From the NCBI GenBank assembly GCA_051251995.1, contig JBPOFF010000001.1, positions 355,190-419,189 of the forward strand: a stretch of 64,000 nucleotides of DNA, in the 5' to 3' direction. The position numbers and the translations under genes were made by a program. This stretch comes from Sulfitobacter sp. GTDB lineage: Bacteria > Pseudomonadota > Alphaproteobacteria > Rhodobacterales > Rhodobacteraceae. Position 1 is the stretch's first letter; each line of letters starts with the position of its first letter. Positions 28,332 through 37,419 of this stretch are shown one piece after another. Below the pieces are notes generated by a model. That model was not told the origin of the DNA. It did no database searches and was given only the letters and a program-made list of their open reading frames with translations.

Positions 28332-29690
28332 ATGGCCGACTGGATCGCAAACCTACCTGCCCCGGCACGCGAATACCTTGAGGGAAAACGGCTGGACGAA
28401 GTCGAATGCATCATCCCTGACCTGCCCGGCATTGCACGTGGCAAGGCCGTTCCTGCAAAAAAGTTTGAACGTCAGGAATATTTCCACCTGCCCGACAGCA
28501 TTTTTTACCAGACCATTACCGGTGAATGGGGCGAGGCCGCGGGTGAGGAAGGCTTTACCGAACGCGACATGATTCTGCGCCCTGATATGTCCACCGCAAC
28601 AGCAGCGCCCTGGACAGGTGACTGGACCTTGCAGGTCATCCACGATGCCTATGGCACCAATGGCGAACCTGTCCCCTTTTCACCGCGCAATGTGCTGAAA
28701 CGGGTGGTCGATCTTTATACCGCCAAGGGCTGGCAGCCGGTTGTCGCACCCGAAATGGAATTTTTCCTAGTCGCCCGCAACCTTGATCCCGCTCAGGAAA
28801 TTAAGCCGATGATTGGCCGATCTGGCCGCCCCGCTGCGGCGCGCCAAGCCTATTCGATGACCGCCGTTGACGAATTTGGCCCAGTGATTGACGACATCTA
28901 TGACTTTGCCGAGGCGCAAGGGTTTGAGATTGATGGCATTACTCAAGAAGGCGGTGCAGGTCAGTTGGAAATCAACCTGATCCACGGTGACCCGGTGAAA
29001 TTGGCCGACGAAGTGTTCTATTTCAAACGTCTTATCCGCGAGGCGGCGCTGCGCCACGATTGTTATGCAACATTTATGGCCAAACCGATTGCGGATGAGC
29101 CAGGGTCAGCAATGCATATCCACCATTCGGTGCTGGATACAAAGACTGGCAAAAACATATTCTCAAACGCCGATGGCACCGAAACGGACGCCTTCATGCA
29201 TTTTATCGCTGGATTGCAAAACCACATGCCTGATTCACTGGCCGTGATTGCGCCCTATGTGAACAGCTATCGTCGATACGTAAAGGATCATGCTGCGCCG
29301 ATTAACCTCGAATGGGGCCGCGACAACCGCACCACCGGTATCCGTGTTCCACTTTCCAGTCCCAATGCGCGGCGGGTCGAAAACCGGCTGGCGGGGATGG
29401 ATTGCAATCCCTACCTTGCCATCGCGGCATCGCTGGCTTGCGGGTATTTGGGTCTTGTTGAAGCCAAAACCCCTAAAGCGGAATTCAAGGGCGATGCCTA
29501 TGATGGCGATGGCGATATCCCGCAAGTTCTGGGCGAAGCGCTGGACCTGTTTGAAGAGGCCAAAGCCTTGCATGACGTTTTAGGCCCGGAATTCGCCCGC
29601 GTTTACGCGATTGTGAAACGCGCGGAATATGACGAGTTTTTGCAGGTCATTTCTCCTTGGGAACGTGAACACCTTTTGATGAACGTCTGA
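28332..29690 (+). CDS. Glutamine synthetase-like protein (second PuuA-like paralog)
   Basis: DLPGIARGK, EMEFFL, EGGAGQLE, GSAMHIH, DNRT..IRVP, VENR. Confidence 0.9.
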   Translation: MADWIANLPAPAREYLEGKRLDEVECIIPDLPGIARGKAVPAKKFERQEYFHLPDSIFYQTITGEWGEAAGEEGFTERDMILRPDMSTATAAPWTGDWTLQVIHDAYGTNGEPVPFSPRNVLKRVVDLYTAKGWQPVVAPEMEFFLVARNLDPAQEIKPMIGRSGRPAAARQAYSMTAVDEFGPVIDDIYDFAEAQGFEIDGITQEGGAGQLEINLIHGDPVKLADEVFYFKRLIREAALRHDCYATFMAKPIADEPGSAMHIHHSVLDTKTGKNIFSNADGTETDAFMHFIAGLQNHMPDSLAVIAPYVNSYRRYVKDHAAPINLEWGRDNRTTGIRVPLSSPNARRVENRLAGMDCNPYLAIAASLACGYLGLVEAKTPKAEFKGDAYDGDGDIPQVLGEALDLFEEAKALHDVLGPEFARVYAIVKRAEYDEFLQVISPWEREHLLMNV

Positions 29691-29753
29691 TTTGGTGAAT
29701 GTCTGATCGGGCGGCACCGGTGGTGCAAAGGTATTTGAAAAAGGGTGAAACCC

Positions 29754-31058
29754 ATGAACCTGCTTTATGCAAATGATCGGCGCGGCCAGTATCCTGACAG
29801 TTGGTATGCGGCGACGGCCACGCCGGGCGAACGGTTTCCCACGCTGAAAGGCGTCGTTAAGGCGGACGTTTGTGTGGTGGGCGGTGGCTATACCGGGCTG
29901 TCAGCCGCCCTGCATTTGGCCGAAGCAGGCCGTGACGTGGTGCTGATTGATGCGCAGCGGATTGGCTTTGGCGCATCTGGCCGCAATGGCGGGCAGTTGG
30001 GCAGTGGTCAACGGGTTGAACAAGACGGGTTGGAAAAGATGCTGGGCGCGGATCACGCCAAACATCTGTGGCAAATGGGCGAAGATGCCAAAGATTTGGT
30101 GAAATCGCTGATACAGCGTCATAAGATTGAATGCCATTTGAAACCCGGCGTGGCCCATACCGCGTCAAATGCAAGCGATTTGGCCCATTTGCACAGCTAC
30201 GCGGAGCATTTGCGCAGCCATTACGGTTATGATCAGATTGAAGATTTGGATCACGCGGCGCTGCAATCGGTCTGCCCCTCGCCTGATTATGTGGGCGGCA
30301 CTTTGGATATGGGTGCGGCACATCTGCATCCGTTGAATTATGCGCTGGGTCTGGTACGCGCGGCCAAAGCCGCTGGTGTACGTATTTTTGAAACCAGCCC
30401 CGCACATCATATTGAAGCCCGCACCAAGGCCGTGGTCCAAACCGATGCCGGGCGCATCGAGGCGGACCATGTGATCCTTGCCTGTAACGGTTATCTGGGT
30501 GGGTTGAATCGAAAGGTCGCCGCGCGGGTCATGCCGATCAACAATTTCATTGCGGCAACCGAACCTTTGGGCGACCGGATCAAAGATGTGTTGCCCCGCG
30601 ACGTTGCTGTGGCGGATAGTCGCTTTGTGGTGAACTATTTCCGCCTCTCACATGATGGCCGACTGCTGTTTGGCGGCGGCGAAAGCTATGGCTACAAATT
30701 CCCCTCTGACATCGCGGCCAAGGTGCGCAAACCGATGTCGGTGATCTTTCCACAATTGCGAGACGTCAAGATCGACTATGCGTGGGGTGGTACACTTGGC
30801 ATCACCATGAAACGCCTGCCCTATGTCACACGCGTTGCGCCGAACGTCCTGTCCGCCTCTGGCTATTCTGGTCACGGTGTCGGCACGGCAACCCATGCCG
30901 GACAGCTGATGGCACAGGCGATTCAGGGCGAGACCGACGGTTTTGACACGATGTCACGCATTCCCACTTTACCGTTTCCGGGCGGTGCTGCTTTGCGTAA
31001 TCCGCTGCTGGTCCTTGCAATGACATGGTATTCCCTCCGGGACCGACTTGGCGTTTAA
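29754..31058 (+). CDS. FAD-dependent oxidoreductase (PuuB-like)
   Basis: VVGGGYTGLSAALHLAE, GASGRNGGQ, DYAWGG, GYSGHGV. Confidence 0.9.
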   Translation: MNLLYANDRRGQYPDSWYAATATPGERFPTLKGVVKADVCVVGGGYTGLSAALHLAEAGRDVVLIDAQRIGFGASGRNGGQLGSGQRVEQDGLEKMLGADHAKHLWQMGEDAKDLVKSLIQRHKIECHLKPGVAHTASNASDLAHLHSYAEHLRSHYGYDQIEDLDHAALQSVCPSPDYVGGTLDMGAAHLHPLNYALGLVRAAKAAGVRIFETSPAHHIEARTKAVVQTDAGRIEADHVILACNGYLGGLNRKVAARVMPINNFIAATEPLGDRIKDVLPRDVAVADSRFVVNYFRLSHDGRLLFGGGESYGYKFPSDIAAKVRKPMSVIFPQLRDVKIDYAWGGTLGITMKRLPYVTRVAPNVLSASGYSGHGVGTATHAGQLMAQAIQGETDGFDTMSRIPTLPFPGGAALRNPLLVLAMTWYSLRDRLGV

Positions 31059-31151
31059 CCGCTAACGCTGCAACATCACAATCTGCAAAAGCCCTTGGTT
31101 TGCGCGGCTACATGGCTTAAAAATCAACAAGAAAATAGCCGGAATTGTGAA

Positions 31152-32330
31152 ATGAATATGCCAAACCTGCACCAAGCGGAATCCATCCCCGCCGAGGCAC
31201 GCGATGCGATTGATAACTTGCTGCGGTCGGGCGATCTATTCCGCTACACGGCGGGCTCTGATGCGCCTGTTTCCCTGCTTGAGGGTGAGTTTGCCGAAAT
31301 GATGGGCAGCAAATATGCGCTTGCCGTCTCATCATGCTCGGCCGCACTTTTCCTGTCGTTGTTGGCGCTCGATCTTCCCAAAGGCGCTCAGGTATTGATC
31401 CCCGGGTTTACCTTTGCGGCAGTCCCATCTGCGGTGATCCACGCCGGATATCATCCCGTTCTGTGTGAAGTCGGCGACAACTACCGCATTGATTTGACGG
31501 ATTTTGCCGCGAAATTGCCAAAGATTGATGCGGTGATTGTCAGCCACATGCGGGGCCACACCTCTGACATGAATGCGATCATGGCGCTTTGTAATGGTGC
31601 AGATATTCCAGTGATCGAGGACGCTGCGCATTCGCTTGGCACGCTTTGGCATGGCCGCAAGATCGGTACCATTGGGCGCATTGGTTGTTTTTCCTTCCAA
31701 TCGTACAAAATGATCAACGCTGGCGAAGGCGGGGTCATGATCACTGATGACGCTGATCTGGTGGCGCGCGCAATCATTATGTCAGGAGCCTATGAGCATA
31801 ACTGGAAAAAGCACCCCGTATTACAGGACACATTCGCCCGTTGGCAGAACCAATTACCGCTTTATAACCTACGACTGTCAAACCTTGCTGCTGCGGTGAT
31901 CCGTCCGCAATTGTCACATCTTGCGCGCCGTGTCGCAGATGGACTGTGCAACCATGATTACGTGGCCGCAAGGCTGTCAACATCGCCATTTATCGTTGTC
32001 CCGTCACCACTAAAAGGCGAGGTCCGCGCCCCTGATTCAATCCAATTCAATCTGCAAGATATGGACAGTGCAGCAGTTCAGGCATTCGCTGCCGCCGCCG
32101 ATAAGGGGGGTGTAAAAGTACAGATATTCGGCCAAAGCACTGACAATGCGCGTGCTTTTTGGAACTGGAAATTCATCCCCGACTTGCCGGACCTACCACA
32201 GACCCGTGCCATGTTAATGCGCGCTTGCGATGTGCGCCTGCCCGTTCAATTGACCCAGGCCGATCTGGATTGTGTCTGCGAAGTAATCCTAACCGCACTT
32301 GAAGCCAGCGCCGATGCTCAAGCCGCTTAG
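31152..32330 (+). CDS. DegT/DnrJ/EryC1/StrS family PLP aminotransferase
   Basis: AVSSCSAAL, IEDAAHSLG, FSFQSYK (PLP Lys), GEGG. Confidence 0.9.
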   Translation: MNMPNLHQAESIPAEARDAIDNLLRSGDLFRYTAGSDAPVSLLEGEFAEMMGSKYALAVSSCSAALFLSLLALDLPKGAQVLIPGFTFAAVPSAVIHAGYHPVLCEVGDNYRIDLTDFAAKLPKIDAVIVSHMRGHTSDMNAIMALCNGADIPVIEDAAHSLGTLWHGRKIGTIGRIGCFSFQSYKMINAGEGGVMITDDADLVARAIIMSGAYEHNWKKHPVLQDTFARWQNQLPLYNLRLSNLAAAVIRPQLSHLARRVADGLCNHDYVAARLSTSPFIVVPSPLKGEVRAPDSIQFNLQDMDSAAVQAFAAAADKGGVKVQIFGQSTDNARAFWNWKFIPDLPDLPQTRAMLMRACDVRLPVQLTQADLDCVCEVILTALEASADAQAA

Positions 32331-32331
32331 A

Positions 32332-32892
32332 TCACTTGAGCTTTGACAGTTTGTCCTGCAATTCAGCCAACTGCTTTTTGATCGCGTCCAGATCTTCGCT
32401 TTGATCAGGTTCTGCTTGTCGCTCAGCAGCGGACGTGGTGGTTTTGCCACCAGCGCCCCAACCGCCTGTCATCGCTTTCATGAACGCTTCTTGCTGCGCC
32501 TGCATCACACCCAAACCTGGCATCTTGGCCATTGGGTTCATCGACGTCATGTTTTCCATGACCCGTGCTTGCCCATCCCGCAGCATATCAAAAGAGGATT
32601 GCAAGAACTGCGGCACCACCGACACGTCACCTGACATATAGCTGCGCACCAGATCATTCAGCACAGCGACAGGCAAAACAGATTCGCCACGGCTTTCGTG
32701 CTCTGCAATAATTTGCAGCAGATATTGCCGGGTCAGATCATCGCCAGATTTTAGGTCTACAATCTGCACCTCGCGGCCATCGCGGATAAATCCGGAGATA
32801 TCCTCAAGCGTGACATAATCGCTGGTTTCAGTGTTATAGAGCCGCCGCGATGCATAGCGCTTGATCAGCAATGGTTTGACTGTGTCCGCCAC
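32332..32892 (-). CDS. phaR: Polyhydroxyalkanoate synthesis repressor
   Basis: IKRYASRRLYNTETSDYVTL, DLTRQYLLQII; GTG start after an AGGGAGG RBS. Confidence 0.97.
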   Translation of the reverse strand: MADTVKPLLIKRYASRRLYNTETSDYVTLEDISGFIRDGREVQIVDLKSGDDLTRQYLLQIIAEHESRGESVLPVAVLNDLVRSYMSGDVSVVPQFLQSSFDMLRDGQARVMENMTSMNPMAKMPGLGVMQAQQEAFMKAMTGGWGAGGKTTTSAAERQAEPDQSEDLDAIKKQLAELQDKLSKLK

Positions 32893-32915
32893 GGTTTTCC
32901 TCCCTCAGGTCTACG

Positions 32916-32928
32916 TGCTGCAGTGCAG
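32916..32928. promoter_or_regulatory. Putative PhaR box upstream of phaR
   Basis: TGCTGCAGTGCAG, whose reverse complement CTGCACTGCAGCA is identical to the box at 33558-33570. Confidence 0.65.
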
Positions 32929-32946
32929 CTTATGGCAGGCCCGCAC

Positions 32947-32979
32947 AAAAAGAAAGGGCAGGCTCAATGAGCCCGCCCT
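32947..32979 (-). terminator. Intrinsic terminator of phaP / the 3' UTR RNA
   Basis: AGGGCGGGCTC-ATT-GAGCCTGCCCT then TTCTTTTT on the minus strand. Confidence 0.85.
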
Positions 32980-33023
32980 GCCCTCACATCCAACAGGGAG
33001 GAAACGATGTGAGATCGGTCAAC
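32947..33023 (-). ncRNA. MmgR/suhB (alpha-r8)-like anti-SD sRNA in the phaP 3' UTR
   Basis: Minus strand: stem CTCACATC / GATGTGAG with loop GTTTCCTCCCTGTTG, followed directly by a terminator stem and U tract. Confidence 0.7.
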
Positions 33024-33467
33024 TTACTTGGATGTTGCTTTTTTCGCAGCAGCCGTAACGTCGTCTGTAGCTTTTTTAACAGCAGCTGTTGCGTCTGACT
33101 GCATGTCTTTGCCAGCAGACATCATCAATTCAACTGTGTCCATCTGAACTTTTTTCGCGATTTCAGCGAAAGCAGCCATATTTTCAACAGCAACTTCAGC
33201 AGAGGCAGATGCGAAATCTGTCATTGCTTTTGCGTAGTCAGCTGGCTCTGCCTTGGCTTTGGACATGTCGGCCAATTTCGCCAATGTGTCTTTGGTCCAT
33301 TTGCTAGAGACTTCAGCAGACTTTTCAGCAGCTGTCAGGGCAACGCCGGACAGTTTTTCGTTCAGTGCTGATGCTGTCTTGAAAGAACCTTCCATTGCGG
33401 AAGTGTCTACTGGGAAAGAGCCCATAACGTCTTTAAACATTGCGGCCATATCTGGTGTCTTTGTCAT
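33024..33467 (-). CDS. phaP: Phasin
   Basis: Ala/Lys-rich helical protein between phaC and phaR; start MTKTPD at 33467. Confidence 0.9.
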   Translation of the reverse strand: MTKTPDMAAMFKDVMGSFPVDTSAMEGSFKTASALNEKLSGVALTAAEKSAEVSSKWTKDTLAKLADMSKAKAEPADYAKAMTDFASASAEVAVENMAAFAEIAKKVQMDTVELMMSAGKDMQSDATAAVKKATDDVTAAAKKATSK

Positions 33468-33531
33468 CTTATCAATCCTTGATGCTTGGTGGAACATTCC
33501 ACCGTTCTGCTTCTGCAAAAGGATATAGATG

Positions 33532-33570
33532 CTGCACTGCGGCATTTCAAGTTTTTTCTGCACTGCAGCA
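33532..33570. promoter_or_regulatory. Two putative PhaR boxes upstream of phaP
   Basis: CTGCACTGCGGCA (33532-33544) and CTGCACTGCAGCA (33558-33570). Confidence 0.7.
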
Positions 33571-33603
33571 TAAAAATTTTTAGCGGTCAAAAAACAAATA
33601 AAA

Positions 33604-35409
33604 TCAAAGCCTTGCTTTCTTTGACACGTATTCGCCGGGCGCATCAGAGATTATTGTCCGTCCCTTATCACCAGGGAATCGGGCATTTATCTGGGTTCCA
33701 GACAGCTTTTTCAGCCAGCTTTCCCAACGCGGCCACCATGATCCTTCATGGAATTTAGCACCTTCCAGCCAATCGACGTGATCCAAATCCAGCGCCGTAT
33801 TGGTGTAGTGGCCATATTTGTTCTTGCTTGGCGGATTGACGATGCCCGCGATATGACCCGATTGGGTCATGATGAAGGTCTTGTTCTTGGATCCCATCTG
33901 CTGAACGCCTCGATAGCTATCTTTCCACGGCGCGATATGATCGGTTTCGCAGGCAATTGCACAGAGCGGCACGTCAATGTCGCCCAGTTCCAGATGATGC
34001 CCCATCAGGTCAAAACCGCCCTCGGCCAGTTCGTTGCGTTGGCACAACCCGCGCAAATACTGCATCGCCATCTTGGCAGGCAGGTTGGCCCCGTCACCAT
34101 TCCAATAGAGCAGATCAAAGGCGGGGGGGGTTTCCCCCATCATATAGCTTTTGACCGCAGGACCATAGACAAGGTCATTGGCACGCAAGAACGAAAAGGT
34201 CCGCGCCATGATCACTGAGGGCAGCACGCCCTTGTCCACGGTTTCCGCTTCAATCCCGTCGATGAAATCATCGGTCAGGAAAGGCTGAAATTCGCCTTGG
34301 TCAGAGAAATCAGTAAGCGCGGTAAAGAATGTTGCGGATTTGACCGACGTGTCGCCGCGTTGTTTAAGAAGGGACAGCGTCAACGACAGCGTTGTGCCCG
34401 CAATGCAATAGCCCACGGCGTTGACTTGTTTTTCGCCGGTGATCTCTTTGACCTCGTGGATCGCAGCTAGATATCCGTCTTCAACATAGTCTTCCATGCC
34501 GACATCGCGGTAGGTCGGATCGGGGTTCACCCAAGAGACCATGAACAAGGTATATCCCTGATCGACAACCCATTTCACATAGCTGTTCTGCGCTTTAAGA
34601 TCGAGAATGTAGTATTTGTTAATCCACGGCGGGAACACGATCAGCGGTGTCTTGTGCACTTTTTCCGTGGTCGGAGTATATTGGATCAGTTCGAACATCC
34701 GGTTGCGAAACACAACCTTGCCCGGCGTAGTGGCGATGTTGCGGCCCAATTCAAACGCGGTTTCATCAGCCAGTTTAACCACCATCTCGCCGTTGTTGGC
34801 CTCAAGATCAGAAATTAGGTTTTCAAGGCCCTTAACCAGACTTTCGCCTTCGGTCGCGACGGCACGCTCCAACGCGTCTGGGTTGGTGGCCAGAAAATTG
34901 GTCGGGCTCATCATGTCGATGATCTGCTGGCTGAAATGTCCCAACCGCTTCTTTTCGCGCGGACTCATGTCTGTGACATCTTCAACCGCCTGTTTCAGCG
35001 CATCAGCATTGATCAGATACTGCTGTTTGACGAAGTTAAAATAGGGATGAGACTGCCAAAGTGGGTTGGCAAAGCGACGGTCGCTGGCGGTCTTGTCTTC
35101 GGGGGCCTTCAACTCGCCTTTGGACAGTGCCTGCTGGGCTTCCATGAAATGAGTGACGGTGCGGGTCCAATACCCCATTTGATGCTCCATCAACTTGGCC
35201 GGGTTCTGCATCGCCTCGGCCATATAAGACTGCGTGGCCTTGGTGAACAACTCTTGATTAGGACCATCCAATGCCTGCTGATGTGTCTGGCGGTTGGTCA
35301 TCACCTGGGTCAGACGCTCCGTCAGTGCCTCTACTTTCTTCAAATTTTCGGCCATGCGGGTCAGGGCTGCCTCAGGAGTTACATCGCCTTGGGTGGTTTT
35401 AGTTGTCAT
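33604..35409 (-). CDS. phaC: Class I PHA synthase
   Basis: PPWINKYYILDL, GYCIAGT catalytic Cys, DHIAPW, SGHIAG, SWWP.W. Confidence 0.98.
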   Translation of the reverse strand: MTTKTTQGDVTPEAALTRMAENLKKVEALTERLTQVMTNRQTHQQALDGPNQELFTKATQSYMAEAMQNPAKLMEHQMGYWTRTVTHFMEAQQALSKGELKAPEDKTASDRRFANPLWQSHPYFNFVKQQYLINADALKQAVEDVTDMSPREKKRLGHFSQQIIDMMSPTNFLATNPDALERAVATEGESLVKGLENLISDLEANNGEMVVKLADETAFELGRNIATTPGKVVFRNRMFELIQYTPTTEKVHKTPLIVFPPWINKYYILDLKAQNSYVKWVVDQGYTLFMVSWVNPDPTYRDVGMEDYVEDGYLAAIHEVKEITGEKQVNAVGYCIAGTTLSLTLSLLKQRGDTSVKSATFFTALTDFSDQGEFQPFLTDDFIDGIEAETVDKGVLPSVIMARTFSFLRANDLVYGPAVKSYMMGETPPAFDLLYWNGDGANLPAKMAMQYLRGLCQRNELAEGGFDLMGHHLELGDIDVPLCAIACETDHIAPWKDSYRGVQQMGSKNKTFIMTQSGHIAGIVNPPSKNKYGHYTNTALDLDHVDWLEGAKFHEGSWWPRWESWLKKLSGTQINARFPGDKGRTIISDAPGEYVSKKARL

Positions 35410-35431
35410 CTTAACTTTTAACTCCTATCTT

Positions 35432-35444
35432 CGCACTTGCAGCA
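35432..35444. promoter_or_regulatory. Degenerate PhaR-like box between phaC and phaZ
   Basis: CGCACTTGCAGCA, similar to the three boxes above. Confidence 0.4.
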
Positions 35445-35519
35445 TAACGTCGCCGACCCTGGGGAGGAAGAAGCGACGATGTGCCCAAGCTTTGGGCCTA
35501 TAAACAAGGAGACCCTATC

Positions 35520-36800
35520 GTGCGCTATATGGCAACTTACGATTTGATGGAAACCATTCGGAATACAAATCAGTGGCTCGGCGCTTCTGCGCTTGCGATG
35601 GCATCCTACCCCGCTTTGTCGATGTTTCCAAATCCTGGTCTGGAGTGGATGGCCGCATGGGGTGAAGTCACCGAACGCACGTTCTCTCGTATGGTGACAA
35701 AACCCGATTGGAAAATCCCCCCTTTTGTGGGTGCCAACGGCCAAGACCGCCTTGTCACCATTGAAAAAGAGATCAGCCGCGATTTTGGCGACCTGATCCA
35801 TTTCCGTGTCCAAGGCCGCACCGACAAGAAACGCAAAGTATTGTTGGTCGCACCGATGTCGGGCCATTATGCAACATTGCTGCGCTCAACTGTGATCAGC
35901 CTACTGCCCGATTGCGACGTCTATATTACAGATTGGCACAACGCCCGCGATATCCCTGTCAGCGCTGGCAAATTCGATGTTGAGGATTACACGCTCTATC
36001 TGGTCGACTTCATGCGCCACCTTGGTCCTGACACCCATGTGATCGCTGTGTGCCAGCCTGCCCCACTGACCTTGGCGGCAACGGCCTATCTTGCCGAAGA
36101 AGACCCCGATGCGCAGCCCCGCTCATTGACCTTGATTGGGGGGCCGATTGACCCCGATGCGACGCCAACCGATGTCACCGATTTTGGCCGCCGCGTCACC
36201 ATGGGCCAGCTTGAGCAGTTCATGATCCAACGGGTTGGTTTCAAATACGCCGGTGTGGGCCGCAAGGTCTATCCGGGTCTGTTGCAACTGTCCTCGTTTA
36301 TCTCGATGAACAAGGAAACTCATGAAAAAGCCTTTGTTGATCAGATCAACCGCGCCGCCAAAGGCGAGGCACATGAAAATGACAAACACAACAAATTCTA
36401 TGATGAATATCTGGCCGTCATGGACATGCCTGCGGAATTTTACCTGTCCACTGTCGACCGCATTTTTAAAAAAGGCGAAATCGCCAAGAATGAATTCATG
36501 GTGGCAGGTAAGAAAGTCGATATCGGCAAGATCACAACCGTTGCTGTAAAAACCGTCGAAGGCACCAAGGACGATATTTCGGCCCCCGGCCAGTGTATTG
36601 CAGCACTTGCCCTGTGCACTGGTCTGCCCGACAGTAAAAAGGCCAGCCATGTCGAAGAAGGTGCCGGCCACTACGGTATTTTTGCGGGCAAAAGCTGGCG
36701 TCAGAATATCCGGCCACTGGTGCTGGCCTTTATCGACGCAAATGAAGCCCCTGCTCCGGCTAAAGCAAAGAAAACCGCCAACAAGAACGCGGCTGCTTAA
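35520..36800 (+). CDS. phaZ: Intracellular PHB depolymerase
   Basis: VAPMSGHYATLLR, VIAVCQP, GGPIDP, EG..DDIS..GQ, GHYGIF; GTG start. Confidence 0.95.
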   Translation: MRYMATYDLMETIRNTNQWLGASALAMASYPALSMFPNPGLEWMAAWGEVTERTFSRMVTKPDWKIPPFVGANGQDRLVTIEKEISRDFGDLIHFRVQGRTDKKRKVLLVAPMSGHYATLLRSTVISLLPDCDVYITDWHNARDIPVSAGKFDVEDYTLYLVDFMRHLGPDTHVIAVCQPAPLTLAATAYLAEEDPDAQPRSLTLIGGPIDPDATPTDVTDFGRRVTMGQLEQFMIQRVGFKYAGVGRKVYPGLLQLSSFISMNKETHEKAFVDQINRAAKGEAHENDKHNKFYDEYLAVMDMPAEFYLSTVDRIFKKGEIAKNEFMVAGKKVDIGKITTVAVKTVEGTKDDISAPGQCIAALALCTGLPDSKKASHVEEGAGHYGIFAGKSWRQNIRPLVLAFIDANEAPAPAKAKKTANKNAAA

Positions 36801-36806
36801 ACCGAT

Positions 36807-37394
36807 ATGCCAAAAATGCCCGACATCACGTTCAGCTGTAAATGCGGAACGCTCAAAGGGACGCTGTGCAGTGCAAATGCGCGCAGCGATACCCATGCAG
36901 AGTGTTTTTGCGCGGATTGCCGTGCCGCCGAAATACATCTGGGTCAGCCCGATCCGGCACCGGGTCCCGTGCGCATCTACCAAACGTCACCGGACCGGAT
37001 TGTCTTTGACCAAGGACAGGATCAGCTTGCGGTCTTTTCATTTGGTGAAAAGAACCTGCTGCGTTGGTATGCCGCGTGTTGCAATGTACCACTGTTTAAC
37101 ACGATGCGCAGCCCTAAGGCGTCATTTGTTGGCATCCGCACAAATCGGTTGGCTGATACCACCACGCTTGGCCCGATCGTCGGGCGTGGCTTCATCCCCG
37201 TCGCAGGAGGTAAGCCAAAACATGAAGGATTGCCGCGTTTAATCTGGGGCATGGTCGCACGTGTTATCGGTGGGCGGCTATCAGGGCGTTGGAAACAAAC
37301 ACCCTTCTTTGACGTTGCCACACTTGAAACCAACAGCCCTGTTACCGTGCTTCCCAAAGGAACGCGCGCCGGTTTGTTGCAGACAAATAACTGA
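36807..37394 (+). CDS. DUF6151 / GFA-like Cys-rich protein
   Basis: CxCG, CxCxDC, RWYAACC..P. Confidence 0.75.
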   Translation: MPKMPDITFSCKCGTLKGTLCSANARSDTHAECFCADCRAAEIHLGQPDPAPGPVRIYQTSPDRIVFDQGQDQLAVFSFGEKNLLRWYAACCNVPLFNTMRSPKASFVGIRTNRLADTTTLGPIVGRGFIPVAGGKPKHEGLPRLIWGMVARVIGGRLSGRWKQTPFFDVATLETNSPVTVLPKGTRAGLLQTNN

Positions 37395-37419
37395 TATTTA
37401 CAGCGTTTCGCGAGACGCT

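Noticed and set aside
34123-34130. G8 tract in phaC (similar 8-mers at 9430 and about 38973) as phase-variation sites
   Set aside because: In frame, explained by Pro-Pro or Gly-Gly codons, and short for contingency loci.
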